From: a virus
Lineage: Duplodnaviria > Caudoviricetes
Virus record (IMG/VR): IMGVR_UViG_3300032258_000005
Coordinates: 1-44,026 of that record
Length of the DNA stretch: 44,026 nt
Reading direction: 5' to 3' (one strand)
A model generated the notes under the pieces. That model had not been told where the DNA came from. It did not search any database and worked only from the letters and a program-made list of their open reading frames with translations. Made by a program: the position numbers and the translations under genes. Of this stretch, positions 1 through 9,316 are shown one piece after another; the stretch's first letter is position 1; every line of letters begins with the position of its first letter.

Positions 1-240
1 GCTGCAGCAACCGCCGAGGCAGCAACCGCCGATGCAGCAACCGCCGATGCAGCAACCGCCGATGCAGCAACCGCCGATGCAGCAACCGCCGATGCAGCAA
101 CCGCCGATGCAGCAACCGCCGATGCAGCCGCACACGGATTTCGTAACCGGCGCGGGCCAGCAGCAACCGCCGATGCAGCAACCGCCAATGCAGCCGCACA
201 CGGATTTCGTAACCGGCGCGGGCCAGCAGCAACCGCCCCG
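1..240 (+). repeat. 15-nt tandem repeat (ATGCAGCAACCGCCG, encoding MQQPP) plus a duplicated block at 66-nt spacing
   Basis: Directly visible. The block ATGCAGCCGCACACGGATTTCGTAACC... starts at 122 and at 188. Confidence 0.97.
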
Positions 241-403
241 GGCACCATCCGCACGTGTAATGTTGCCCGCCGCGAATGGATGGACGTACGAGCAGTGCAT
301 CGGGAGTGGGTGGACAGACGCGGCGCTAGTCGCGGCGGGCATGATGTCGTCAGCGGCACCAAACCCCGGCTTCAACGATTTCGATGACGACATCCCGTTT
401 TAG
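1..403 (+). CDS. 3' part of ssDNA-binding protein (continues from 43341 across the contig junction); Q/P-rich linker and acidic tail
   Basis: Open frame from position 2 is in frame with the ORF running off the right end. Ends ...NDFDDDIPF, the bacterial SSB C-terminal motif. Confidence 0.85.
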   Translation, partial: LQQPPRQQPPMQQPPMQQPPMQQPPMQQPPMQQPPMQQPPMQPHTDFVTGAGQQQPPMQQPPMQPHTDFVTGAGQQQPPRAPSARVMLPAANGWTYEQCIGSGWTDAALVAAGMMSSAAPNPGFNDFDDDIPF

Positions 404-435
404 AGGTCACCTAACCGTTTTAAATTAATCTAACC

Positions 436-460
436 GCCGCGCACTGTTTCGGTGCGCGGC
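436..460. terminator. GC-rich hairpin downstream of SSB gene (terminator or stabiliser)
   Basis: GCCGCGCAC-tgtttcg-GTGCGCGGC inverted repeat; no clear U-tract on the + strand. Confidence 0.4.
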
Positions 461-477
461 TAACCGAGGGTACGAAT

Positions 478-810
478 ATGCCAGAAGATAAAAAGAAAGA
501 GTTGCGCGACGCGTTCGAAGAGTGGGCCGCCGGGGTGCTAGAGGACGAGCCAACAGAGACCCTATACGCGCTCGACACGTACGAGTGTTGCGCCTTGCCA
601 GTGATGGAATCGCACTGGCAAGCATTCCAAGCGGGCCACGCGATACAACCGCAACGCACGCCCGACCGTGCCGCGTTTGAGAAGTGGGTGGGTAGTCGCT
701 GCGCCGAGCACGAAGCGCGCGACCTGTTCCGGCGTGAGGCGGGTAGCGGGTACATCGTTGTAGAGGTAGAAGCGATGCACCAAGCGTACCTGCTCGGCCA
801 AGGCGACTAG
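478..810 (+). CDS. Hypothetical protein
   Basis: ORF with GAGGG upstream, packed in operon before the polymerase. Confidence 0.75.
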   Translation: MPEDKKKELRDAFEEWAAGVLEDEPTETLYALDTYECCALPVMESHWQAFQAGHAIQPQRTPDRAAFEKWVGSRCAEHEARDLFRREAGSGYIVVEVEAMHQAYLLGQGD

Positions 811-813
811 CCC

Positions 814-3225
814 ATGAACCCCCGCTACCTGTACCTAGACACCGAGACGTTTAGCGAGATTGATTTAACGGAGTGCGGAACCTACCGCTACGCCGAAAAC
901 GCCGAGGTTATGTTAATGACGTGGGCGTTTGACGATGGCCCCGTGCAGCTATGGGACCACAACGACGGCACGCCCCCGCCCGCGCTCGCCGAGTACGTCG
1001 CGTCTAACCCCGATGTGGTCGTGGTGGCGCACAATGCTATGTTCGACCGTAACGTGCTGAAGCGGGGCAATCTGAAACTAAACATACCTATCGAGCGCTG
1101 GCAGTGTACCGCCGTACAGGCGATGCAACACGCGTTGCCCGCCGGACTTAGCCCGTTAGGCAAGCTGCTCGGCTTAGCATCCGACACGGCCAAAGACAAG
1201 GCCGGCAATGCGCTAATAAAAAGGTTCTGTATGCGCAGCACGCGCCGCTACAATCCGTTGCTCGAGGCGCTGAAAGCAGTACCGCTGGCCACGGCGGCCG
1301 ATATCGGCGCGCACGTTTATGTCGGCGCGAACGTGCGCAAGGTAGGCGGGGGGAACCGCGGGACGTTGGATGGCCTAGACGGCTCGCTAGCTCTACCGTA
1401 TTCCGTGCGCGGGAAGCGCGTTAAGTACGCACGCCGGGCCGACCTGGTCGACGCCGCACGCGCTACGCACCCCGACGAAATGGTGACAGAACGGGTGCGT
1501 TACGACGCCGCCACGCACCCGGAAGAGTGGGCGGCGTTCCGCGCGTACGCGGCACAGGACATCGAAGCGTTACGCGCGGTACATAAATTACTACCGACGG
1601 TGAATTGGCAACCGGACGACGTGGCCGACTGGCACCTAGACCAGCGGATAAACGACCGCGGGTTTCGAGTCGACATGGGGCTGGCCGAGGCGGGTATGCA
1701 CGCCGCCGCCATCGAGAAACAGGCCATCGCGAAACGGTTTAGCGAGATTACCGGCGGGCCCGTCCCCACACAGCGCGCCAAGGTGCAAGCGTACATAAAC
1801 GCGCGGTGGGGGTTGTCCCTCACTAGCACCGCTAAGGACGTGATACACCCCCTGCTCGGGGACGCCAGCCAGCCGGTCGAGCTGCGCGAATTGGTCGGCC
1901 TAATGTTGGCGGCCAATAAAACCAGCACTTCCAAATATGGAAAGATACTCTACGCCGCGTGCGCCGATGGTTGGTTCCGGGGCGGGCTACAGTTTTCCGG
2001 CGCGATGCGCACGCGCAGGTGGGCGGGTAGGATATTCCAGCCACAAAACCTACCCTCACGCGGGCTGCCTGAAGAGGCGTTAATAGACGCGTACATCGAG
2101 GCGCTTAAAGCAGGCTGTCACGTGGCCATGTTTAAGGACTTGATGCTGTACGGCGCGGCCGCCCTGCGCGGGCTGGTAATAGCGGGCGGGGGCAAGACGT
2201 TACACATTGCTGATCTATCCAATATTGAGGGCCGCATCTTAGCTTGGATAGCGGGCGAGCAATGGAAGCTCGACGCGTTCGTGGAGTACGACGAAGGGCG
2301 CGGGCCAGACCTGTACAACATAACCGCGACGGGCATACTCGGCGGCGATCCGTACGAAGTCAGCAAGGCGAACCGCAACGCATTCGGTAAGGTGCCCGAC
2401 CTAGCGTTAGGATTCGAGGGCGGCGTGGCGGCGTTGCAAACCTTCGCGGCGGCGTACGGGATCAAGATGGCGGACCACTGGGCCACGATACAGCAGAACG
2501 TAAGCGCCGAGCTAGTCGACCGCGCACACGGCAACCTACGCTTTGCGGGCGTGCGGCTACTGCGCGACGCTTACCCGGGCGTGGAGCGCGGGCACCAATG
2601 GCCCGAGCCGCAGATAACGTGGGCAGTAAGTGAGGTGCTGCGTAGCGCGGAGATAGACGAGACGGAGTGGCTGGCCAGCGAGGCGGTAAAACTTGCTTGG
2701 CGCGACCGACACCCCGCCACCCAACAACTTTGGAGAGCATGCAAAGACGCCGCCACCGATGCGATACGTAACCCCGGCGAAGTATTCCGCGCCGGTCCGC
2801 TGCTCTCGTTCGAAGTGCGCACGATGCCGTCGGGCAATTGGCTACTGTGCCGGCTGCCGTCGGGTAAGTACCTCACGTATTACGACCCGCAACTTTCCGG
2901 CGGGGGCGGGATCGCCTACCAGGGGTACGGACAGACAGACAGCACAACGCGCGTATGGGGCACGCAGTACACTTACGGCGGTAAGTTCGTGGAGAACGCG
3001 TGCCAAGCCATCGCGGGCGACATACTCAAGGCCACGCTGCCCGGCATCGAGCAAGCCGGTTACGAGATAGTTTTAACGGTGCACGACGAAGCCGTAACGC
3101 AAGCGCCGGCAGGCCCCGCACACAACGCGGACGACCTGAGCCGGCTGCTATCCATCCGACCCGCATGGGCAGGCGGGCTGCCACTCTCGGCGGCTGGCTT
3201 CTCAGCGGATCGATACCGTAAATAA
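814..3225 (+). CDS. polA: Family A DNA polymerase with 3'-5' exonuclease domain
   Basis: ExoI YLDTET, ExoII AHNAMFD, ExoIII YAAQD; polymerase motif A ADLSNIEGR, motif B KVPDLALGFEGG, motif C TVHDE. Confidence 0.95.
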   Translation: MNPRYLYLDTETFSEIDLTECGTYRYAENAEVMLMTWAFDDGPVQLWDHNDGTPPPALAEYVASNPDVVVVAHNAMFDRNVLKRGNLKLNIPIERWQCTAVQAMQHALPAGLSPLGKLLGLASDTAKDKAGNALIKRFCMRSTRRYNPLLEALKAVPLATAADIGAHVYVGANVRKVGGGNRGTLDGLDGSLALPYSVRGKRVKYARRADLVDAARATHPDEMVTERVRYDAATHPEEWAAFRAYAAQDIEALRAVHKLLPTVNWQPDDVADWHLDQRINDRGFRVDMGLAEAGMHAAAIEKQAIAKRFSEITGGPVPTQRAKVQAYINARWGLSLTSTAKDVIHPLLGDASQPVELRELVGLMLAANKTSTSKYGKILYAACADGWFRGGLQFSGAMRTRRWAGRIFQPQNLPSRGLPEEALIDAYIEALKAGCHVAMFKDLMLYGAAALRGLVIAGGGKTLHIADLSNIEGRILAWIAGEQWKLDAFVEYDEGRGPDLYNITATGILGGDPYEVSKANRNAFGKVPDLALGFEGGVAALQTFAAAYGIKMADHWATIQQNVSAELVDRAHGNLRFAGVRLLRDAYPGVERGHQWPEPQITWAVSEVLRSAEIDETEWLASEAVKLAWRDRHPATQQLWRACKDAATDAIRNPGEVFRAGPLLSFEVRTMPSGNWLLCRLPSGKYLTYYDPQLSGGGGIAYQGYGQTDSTTRVWGTQYTYGGKFVENACQAIAGDILKATLPGIEQAGYEIVLTVHDEAVTQAPAGPAHNADDLSRLLSIRPAWAGGLPLSAAGFSADRYRK

Positions 3226-3267
3226 TAGTTGACGACGGCCACCGCGCCGCACTGGAGAACAAAAACG

Positions 3268-3663
3268 ATGAACGGTTTTAACTGTAAACACTGCGTGGAC
3301 GCGGACGGCGCGCCACTTCTTCCGCGGCCCGCCCCCCGGCTCGTGAAGGCCAGTCCGCCAGGTTCGCTACTATGGCCCGATGAGCTGTGCGGATATACAC
3401 ATTGCTGCGACAAATGCGGTAACGGTATCGCGTCCATTAGCAGCGAGCAAGACGAACTAAACGGGCTCTTCTTGGAGCTGCGTAGGGATTGGCGCGCGGC
3501 GGTGGCTCAGTGTGGCCGATCTGAGGCGATGTTTATCGGGATGGGCGGGGGCGCGTCCATGATCCACCAGTGGGCGGAGGCGCGCGATATCGTCGAGGCG
3601 GAGGGCTACGCCATGCCGATATTGGTTAAGGGCTTAACGGCGGTCGTGGGTGAGAGCGAATGA
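3268..3663 (+). CDS. Hypothetical protein with CxxC pairs (possible Zn-binding)
   Basis: ATG at 3268 preceded by GGAG; CKHC and CDKC motifs; stop overlaps next ATG. Confidence 0.7.
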   Translation: MNGFNCKHCVDADGAPLLPRPAPRLVKASPPGSLLWPDELCGYTHCCDKCGNGIASISSEQDELNGLFLELRRDWRAAVAQCGRSEAMFIGMGGGASMIHQWAEARDIVEAEGYAMPILVKGLTAVVGESE

Positions 3664-4145
3664 ACCAATCGATACAACAATGGGCGTTAAAGTGGGGCGT
3701 GTCGCTTGCGGCGTTACAAGATTTGCAACAGCAACTAGGCACGTTAAGCCACCCGCCCGCCGCGCCGGATGCCGGCACGAGCGAGGCCGCCGTGCAGGCG
3801 CAGTTAAGGCTCACGATGTCTAAGGCGGGCGGCCACTTGTGGCGCAATAATAACGGCGCGGGGTACTTAGACGATAGGTCGTTCGTCCGCTGGGGCCTAG
3901 CTAACGACTCGCAGAAAATGAACGAGCGCTTTAAATCGTCTGACTTAATCGGCATCAAGCCCGTTATCATCCGCGCGGATATGGTCGGCACCTCAATTGG
4001 CCAATTCGTCGCGCGTGAGGTTAAGCCGACCGGCTGGGCGTACGGCGACACTGACCGCGAGCGCGCACAGCTGGCGTTCATTTCACTTGTGTCGGCCTTG
4101 GGCGGCGACGCTAAATTCTCAACGGTGGGGCACGACGTCGGATGA
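3660..4145 (+). CDS. VRR-NUC-like endonuclease
   Basis: SEAAVQ...LWRNNNG...SSDLIG...FVAREVK, a PD-(D/E)xK pattern typical of phage VRR-NUC proteins. Confidence 0.8.
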   Translation: MNQSIQQWALKWGVSLAALQDLQQQLGTLSHPPAAPDAGTSEAAVQAQLRLTMSKAGGHLWRNNNGAGYLDDRSFVRWGLANDSQKMNERFKSSDLIGIKPVIIRADMVGTSIGQFVAREVKPTGWAYGDTDRERAQLAFISLVSALGGDAKFSTVGHDVG

Positions 4146-5141
4146 GCGGCGCTTACTATAACGAAATTGACCCGTTCGCCGCGCAGTGGTTGAGAGAACT
4201 AATAGCGGCGGGGCATATCGCACCCGGCGAAGTTGACGAGAGGAGCATAGAAGATGTTGAGCCGGAAGACTTGCGAGAGTTTACACAGTGCCACTTTTTC
4301 GCGGGAATTGGTGTCTGGAGCTACGCGCTTCGACGCGCTGGGTGGGCAGACGATACTCCAATTTGGACAGGTTCTTGCCCTTGCCAACCTTTCAGCGCGG
4401 CGGGCAAAGGCGATGGGTTTATTGATGAGCGGCATTTGTGGCCCGCATGGCACCACCTCATCAACGCGTGCCGACCGGAAGCCGTGTTGGGTGAGCAGGT
4501 TGCGAGCAAGGACGGACTTGCTTGGCTCGACCTTGTACAAACTGACTTGGCGGGATCGGGTTACGCCAGCGGGGCGGTCGATCTATGCGCTGCGGGCGTC
4601 GGTGCTCCGCACATCCGCCAACGACTTTGGTTCGTGGCCCACACCGACGACGCGGGACCACAAGGGCAAGAGCGGGGCGGGACGGCAAGAGCGGAAGGGG
4701 CACCCCCCCGGACACGCTGCCGAACGCGGCTCAGCTAACTACGTGGCCGACACCCCGAGCGAACGAGGGAGTAGGCGGGCCGCAGATCCCGGAGGGCAGA
4801 CAGGGCGGGATGGCCCTAAAATCGGCGGTACTGCTCGCCGCGTGGCCCACCCCGACCGCACAGGACTCGAGCAGGGGAGTGAAGCCCCCACGACCGCAGG
4901 ACACGGGCGTGCCACTGGGGCAACGGGTGGCAACGCTGGAACTCACGGCCCCGGCCCGACTAACGGCCACTGGCGAGAAGCTGACTGGCTTGGATGCAGG
5001 GATAATAAATGGCGGGCAGTTGAACCCGGCACATGCCCGCTGGTTGATGGCGCTCCCGCCCGAGTGGGACGATTGCGCGGTTACGGCAATGCAATTAACG
5101 CTGAGGCGGCGACGGAATTCATCCGGTCGTTAATTAGTTGA
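4142..5141 (+). CDS. DNA cytosine-C5 methyltransferase, large (alpha) polypeptide; frameshifted at C7 tract 4703-4709 as assembled
   Basis: Motif [32 protein letters not shown] in frame 4142-4738. Motif [10 protein letters not shown] lies in another frame ending at 5141. Removing one C joins them (332 aa). Confidence 0.85.
4425..5133 (+). CDS. Nested (beta) polypeptide of the C5 methyltransferase in an alternative frame; frameshifted at the same C7 tract
   Basis: Repeated WPTP motifs and motif IX-like [20 protein letters not shown] at 4425; removing one C gives a continuous 235-aa ORF. Confidence 0.7.
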
Positions 5142-5166
5142 CCACCGCAATAATAACGGATATCCT
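5138..5166 (+). promoter_or_regulatory. Sigma70-type promoter
   Basis: TTGACC-17nt-TATCCT, preceded by TAG as in the other phage promoters. Confidence 0.65.
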
Positions 5167-5193
5167 ACACGTCACACAATGGGAGTTTAAGGC

Positions 5194-5535
5194 ATGACAG
5201 AGCTAGACCGAATCGATAGGCGGTACCTACCCGCCGCTGAACGCGAGCGCAAGCGCGCGAACGTACTGGACGCCGCGATGCAAGAGGCGCGCCGGGTGGG
5301 GTGCCCCAACGTACAGCGCGAGCGTATCGCGCGTATCGCGAAGGTATCAACAGGCACCGTAAGTATTTACTTCGGTAACATGGCCGCGGTACGCCGATTG
5401 ATCATGCGTACCGCGATAGAAAGAGGGGACCTCGATATAATCGCGTCCGGGTTAGCCGCACGGGATCCGGCGGCCCTCGCGGCGCCCGCGGAGCTGCGCA
5501 GGCAGGCACTCGAACACATCACTCGCGAGGAGTAA
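5194..5535 (+). CDS. TetR-like helix-turn-helix DNA-binding protein
   Basis: VLDAAM...ERIARIAKVSTGTVSIYFG matches the TetR N-terminal HTH. Confidence 0.8.
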   Translation: MTELDRIDRRYLPAAERERKRANVLDAAMQEARRVGCPNVQRERIARIAKVSTGTVSIYFGNMAAVRRLIMRTAIERGDLDIIASGLAARDPAALAAPAELRRQALEHITREE

Positions 5536-5538
5536 ACC

Positions 5539-7986
5539 GTGCTAGAGCTGCCCCCCGCGTTCGCTGCACTGGCTGAATGGCCGCAGTTCATACCATACAA
5601 AATCGTCCCTAAACCGGACCGCCCCGGCAAGTCGGATAAAATACCCTTGGACCACCGCACCGCGTGCGCGTTCGATAAAGGGGCAGGATGGCAGGGCGAC
5701 CCGAACGCGTGGACCACGCACGCCGGAGCGGCGAAGGTTGCGGCGAGGCTGGGTGCGGGCCACGGCGTCGGGTTTCTTTTTACGCCCACCGACCCGTTTT
5801 ATTTTGTGGACATAGACGACTGCCTAGCCGAGGGCCAGTGGTCTCCAGGCTCCGTGCAGCTGGTGCAGGCGCTAGCGGGCGCGGCCGTCGAGGTCTCGCA
5901 ATCGGGCAAGGGTTTGCACATCATCGGCCGGTCATCGGGCGTCCCGCCCCACGGGTGTAAGAACGCCGCGCTGGGATTAGAGCTGTACCACGAAGGGCGC
6001 TTTGCGGCGCTAACGGGTACCGGCGCGACGGGCGATGCGGGACGGGACACCACCGAAGGTCTTAGTAACGTGATACGTGCGTATTTTCCGCCAAAAGTGT
6101 CCGGTCCGAAAGCGTCCGCGCCGGAGTGGACGAGCGGCCCCGCGGACGAGTGGTCAGGCCCTCTTGACGACGCCGAACTAATCCACCTGGCGTGCAACAC
6201 GCGCTTGACCGCTGAGCAGGCGTTCGGAGGCAAAGCGACATTTGCCGACCTCTGGGCCGCTAACGCGGACGCGCTGCACCAGTCGTACCCGGACAACTAC
6301 GGCGACCGGATGTACGACGAGAGTAGCGCCGATGCCGCGCTTGCTGCCCGGCTAGCATTTTGGACGGGGTGCGACTGCGACCGCATCGAATCGCTCATGC
6401 GGGGCTCGGCGCTCATGAGGGACAAGTGGGACACGCACCCCGACTACGTACAGCGTACTATACTAGGCGCGGTGGGGTTGTGTGATAGTGTGTACGCGCA
6501 AGGCGCCATGCGAGTGGAGCAGCGCGTTGACCAGATACAGCCGGCCGCCGACCCCGCACCGGCCGCACGCCCCGAATTACTCGACGCGGTCGAGATGAGG
6601 GCGGGGTTTCAGCTACTAACCCCAACCCAGCAGGTCGCGCATTTTGAGGGGTGCGTGTACATAGTAGATGCGCACCGGGTGCTCGCGCCTAACGGCGCCC
6701 TGCTCAAGTCCGACCAGTTCCGCGCGGTGTACGGGGGCTACGTATTCGCCCTTGACTCAAGCAACGACAAGACCACAAAAAGCGCGTGGGAGGCGTTCAC
6801 GGAGTCGCAGGCGGTACGCTACCCGATGGCGGACAAGATGACGTTCCGGCCCGACCTGCCCGCAGGCGCGATACACAGCGAGGAGGGTTGTACGTTCGCC
6901 AACACGTATAGCCCGGCCAACGTGCGCCGCGTGGCGGGGGACGCCACGCCGTTTCTAGTGCACTTGGGCAAGATACTGCCCGACGAGAGCGACCGCGCCA
7001 TAGTGCTAGCGTATATGGCGGCCTGCGTGCAACACATCGGTGAGAAATTCCAGTGGTGCCCGTTGATACAGGGTGTGGAGGGCAACGGCAAAACGCTGCT
7101 CAGCAGGTGCGTTGCCCGGGCCGTAGGACTACGCTACAGCCATTTCCCAAGCGTCAAGGACATAGATAGTCAGTTCAACGCGTGGATGTACCAACGACTA
7201 TTTGTGGGCATTGAGGACGTATTTACCTCAGACCACAAAAACCACGTGATGGAGACGCTAAAACCGATGATCACTAACGAGATGCAGCCCATACAACCCA
7301 AGGGCATCGACCAGTTCAACGGCCACGTGTGCGCTAATTTTATGCTCAACAGCAACCACCTGGACGGACTGCGCAAAACGCCCAACGATAGACGGCTAGC
7401 GGTGTTTTACTGCCCCCAGCAAAAGAAGAGCGACAAGGCACGGGACGGGATGGATGGCGACTATTTCCCCCGGCTGTATAGATGGCTCAAAAACGAGGAC
7501 GGGTACGCCATCGTGGCCGGGTACCTCGCCGAGTACGAGATACCCGACGCGCTCAACCCGGCAACTATGCTGCAAGAAGCACCGATGACCACATCAACCG
7601 CCGCAGCTATCAAGTGCGGGCTCAGCACAGTTGAACAAGAGATAGAAGAGGCCATCGACGAGGGGCGTAAGGGCTTCGCGGGCGGGTGGGTCTCGTCCAT
7701 CGCGCTGGATAAGCTACTCGCTGATTTGCGCAAAACGGGCGCTGTGCCGCCCAACAAGCGCCGCGACATGATGCAGGCGCTAGGGTACGACTGGCACCCC
7801 GCACTCACTAACGGGCGCGTGAACAACAGGCTGACGATAGACGACGGCAAGCCCCGTCTATACGTGCGGGAGGGCCACATAGCTCTGAATCTAACCGCGC
7901 CCGCCGCCGTCGCCGCCGCGTACGTCGAGGCGCAGAATCGCACCGCCGGGCCGTCCGATGCGGAGCGGGCTTTCGGCGGTGGGTAA
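5539..7986 (+). CDS. Primase-polymerase/helicase (AEP-type primase, helix bundle, SF3-type helicase; NrS-1-like)
   Basis: FVDIDDC, EVSQSGKGLH, ELYHEGRF; DESSADAAL...LAFWTG...RDKWD; Walker A GVEGNGKT. Confidence 0.88.
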   Translation: MLELPPAFAALAEWPQFIPYKIVPKPDRPGKSDKIPLDHRTACAFDKGAGWQGDPNAWTTHAGAAKVAARLGAGHGVGFLFTPTDPFYFVDIDDCLAEGQWSPGSVQLVQALAGAAVEVSQSGKGLHIIGRSSGVPPHGCKNAALGLELYHEGRFAALTGTGATGDAGRDTTEGLSNVIRAYFPPKVSGPKASAPEWTSGPADEWSGPLDDAELIHLACNTRLTAEQAFGGKATFADLWAANADALHQSYPDNYGDRMYDESSADAALAARLAFWTGCDCDRIESLMRGSALMRDKWDTHPDYVQRTILGAVGLCDSVYAQGAMRVEQRVDQIQPAADPAPAARPELLDAVEMRAGFQLLTPTQQVAHFEGCVYIVDAHRVLAPNGALLKSDQFRAVYGGYVFALDSSNDKTTKSAWEAFTESQAVRYPMADKMTFRPDLPAGAIHSEEGCTFANTYSPANVRRVAGDATPFLVHLGKILPDESDRAIVLAYMAACVQHIGEKFQWCPLIQGVEGNGKTLLSRCVARAVGLRYSHFPSVKDIDSQFNAWMYQRLFVGIEDVFTSDHKNHVMETLKPMITNEMQPIQPKGIDQFNGHVCANFMLNSNHLDGLRKTPNDRRLAVFYCPQQKKSDKARDGMDGDYFPRLYRWLKNEDGYAIVAGYLAEYEIPDALNPATMLQEAPMTTSTAAAIKCGLSTVEQEIEEAIDEGRKGFAGGWVSSIALDKLLADLRKTGAVPPNKRRDMMQALGYDWHPALTNGRVNNRLTIDDGKPRLYVREGHIALNLTAPAAVAAAYVEAQNRTAGPSDAERAFGGG

Positions 7987-8059
7987 AATAATAGTTGACG
8001 CACGCGATAGTTAGTTTATAATAGCTACAACATCAACGTAACGAGAGACTAAGACAATG
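7983..8059 (+). promoter_or_regulatory. 77-bp promoter + leader + start codon module, copy 1
   Basis: TTGACG (7995-8000)-16nt-TATAAT (8017-8022); one mismatch to 27561-27637. Confidence 0.9.
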
Positions 8060-8272
8060 GATATCGAATTAAAAGAAGTTGAGCAAATTTGGACCGACGA
8101 GACTACGCGCTACTGGTTCGATGTGGACGGCGTTAACTACTGCATTTCTGATTGCGCCGGGGAGCTTAGTTTGCTTGATAGCGATGGCCACCCAATCGAG
8201 CCGCGTAACGACCATGCAGGCATCGAAGATGCGTTGGCGCCGCACTACCAAGAAGCAAAGCTAGCGGACTAG
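8057..8272 (+). CDS. Small acidic hypothetical protein
   Basis: ATG is the last codon of the promoter module. Confidence 0.8.
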   Translation: MDIELKEVEQIWTDETTRYWFDVDGVNYCISDCAGELSLLDSDGHPIEPRNDHAGIEDALAPHYQEAKLAD

Positions 8273-8309
8273 TGCGCTCGCAACATCAACGAAATGAGGA
8301 GTTAATCGA

Positions 8310-8558
8310 ATGACAGCCGAAATGCTAGAAGCGCTTTTATACCACCATCTCGCTATGGACCCGCGTTCCGGACGCGACGCGCCGCCGGGCCACGCGAAAG
8401 CGATGGGACAACTATTGGCCGCAGGTCTCTTGGTCCCCGACAACGAGCCCAGTATGTTCTTGCCTACCGAAAAAGGCGTGGCGCATATTAAGCAACTATG
8501 CGCGTTAGAGTTGCCGACAGCCGTGTGGCTGAACAAGGCGGGGGACGTAATCGAATGA
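8310..8558 (+). CDS. Hypothetical protein
   Basis: GAGGAG RBS upstream; operon packing. Confidence 0.75.
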   Translation: MTAEMLEALLYHHLAMDPRSGRDAPPGHAKAMGQLLAAGLLVPDNEPSMFLPTEKGVAHIKQLCALELPTAVWLNKAGDVIE

Positions 8559-8704
8559 TCGCACAACACGGGGATATGATCGCCTGCTATTTTTCTATCT
8601 TAATACTAGGGGTGGGGGTGCTGGTTTGGCTGCTCCCTTCCGACGCCGCGCCGCGCTGCACCCGGAACAGCAGACGGCGCAAATATTACAAACGAAGAGG
8701 GTAA
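8555..8704 (+). CDS. Small membrane protein
   Basis: ATGA overlap with previous stop; hydrophobic IACYFSILILGVGVLVWLL followed by a basic tail. Confidence 0.55.
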   Translation: MIAQHGDMIACYFSILILGVGVLVWLLPSDAAPRCTRNSRRRKYYKRRG

Positions 8705-8711
8705 AACAGTT

Positions 8712-9023
8712 ATGAGCGGCAAACAAATTTTCAACGGCCCCGCGTCTTTCCGCATGCAGGTGCACGTAACAAACGACGCGACCGAGCAGTCAGGTAAAGT
8801 TACTATAAGCCTCGGCCACTGCGAGTACCCGACCCCTGCGGACATCGCGGCACGCATCACAAAGTTCGAAACGGAGGAGCTAACCGGCGCGCTTGCGGGC
8901 TTCCGCCTAATGACCAAGAAGGAGACGTTCGACGTCCTAACGTACGAGGCCACGGGACAGTGTTTCGCACTACCGGGCGGCGAAGAGTGGGACCAAATAA
9001 CTGAAGGGGTAAACCAGCGATGA
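8712..9023 (+). CDS. Hypothetical protein
   Basis: GAGGGG RBS; stop overlaps next ATG. Confidence 0.75.
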   Translation: MSGKQIFNGPASFRMQVHVTNDATEQSGKVTISLGHCEYPTPADIAARITKFETEELTGALAGFRLMTKKETFDVLTYEATGQCFALPGGEEWDQITEGVNQR

Positions 9024-9316
9024 AAAAGACTGAAACTATTTTTACGTGTGATCTGTGTGGAACTGAGCAGAGGTACCAGGACGGGGAGCCCCGTGTCGCG
9101 CCCGATCTGTGGGTGAGCATGTCCACGCAGGTCGTTGAGAAGGACGCCGCGCCTGCTCCCGCCACTGCCCCCGTTTGTGTGGTCTGCGCGAGACATATCT
9201 ACCACGAGTACCAGCGTCGGCGGTACATACCTGCCGCGAGTACCAGCGTCGGCGGCAGCCAGCACCAGCGCCTTCCTAGCGCGCCGGGGGCGTCGGCCCC
9301 TTCGCTACGCACGTAG
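9020..9316 (+). CDS. Hypothetical Zn-ribbon-like protein
   Basis: CDLC and CVVC motifs; ATGA coupling. Confidence 0.65.
   Translation: MKKTETIFTCDLCGTEQRYQDGEPRVAPDLWVSMSTQVVEKDAAPAPATAPVCVVCARHIYHEYQRRRYIPAASTSVGGSQHQRLPSAPGASAPSLRT

Noticed and set aside
405-470. attC-like site (three CTAAC motifs around a hairpin)
   Set aside because: The TAAC motifs are direct repeats with no matching GTTRRRY arm, so it lacks attC geometry.
1240-1490. Intein in DNA polymerase
   Set aside because: No C-terminal His-Asn splice junction and no homing endonuclease motifs; treated as a plain insertion.
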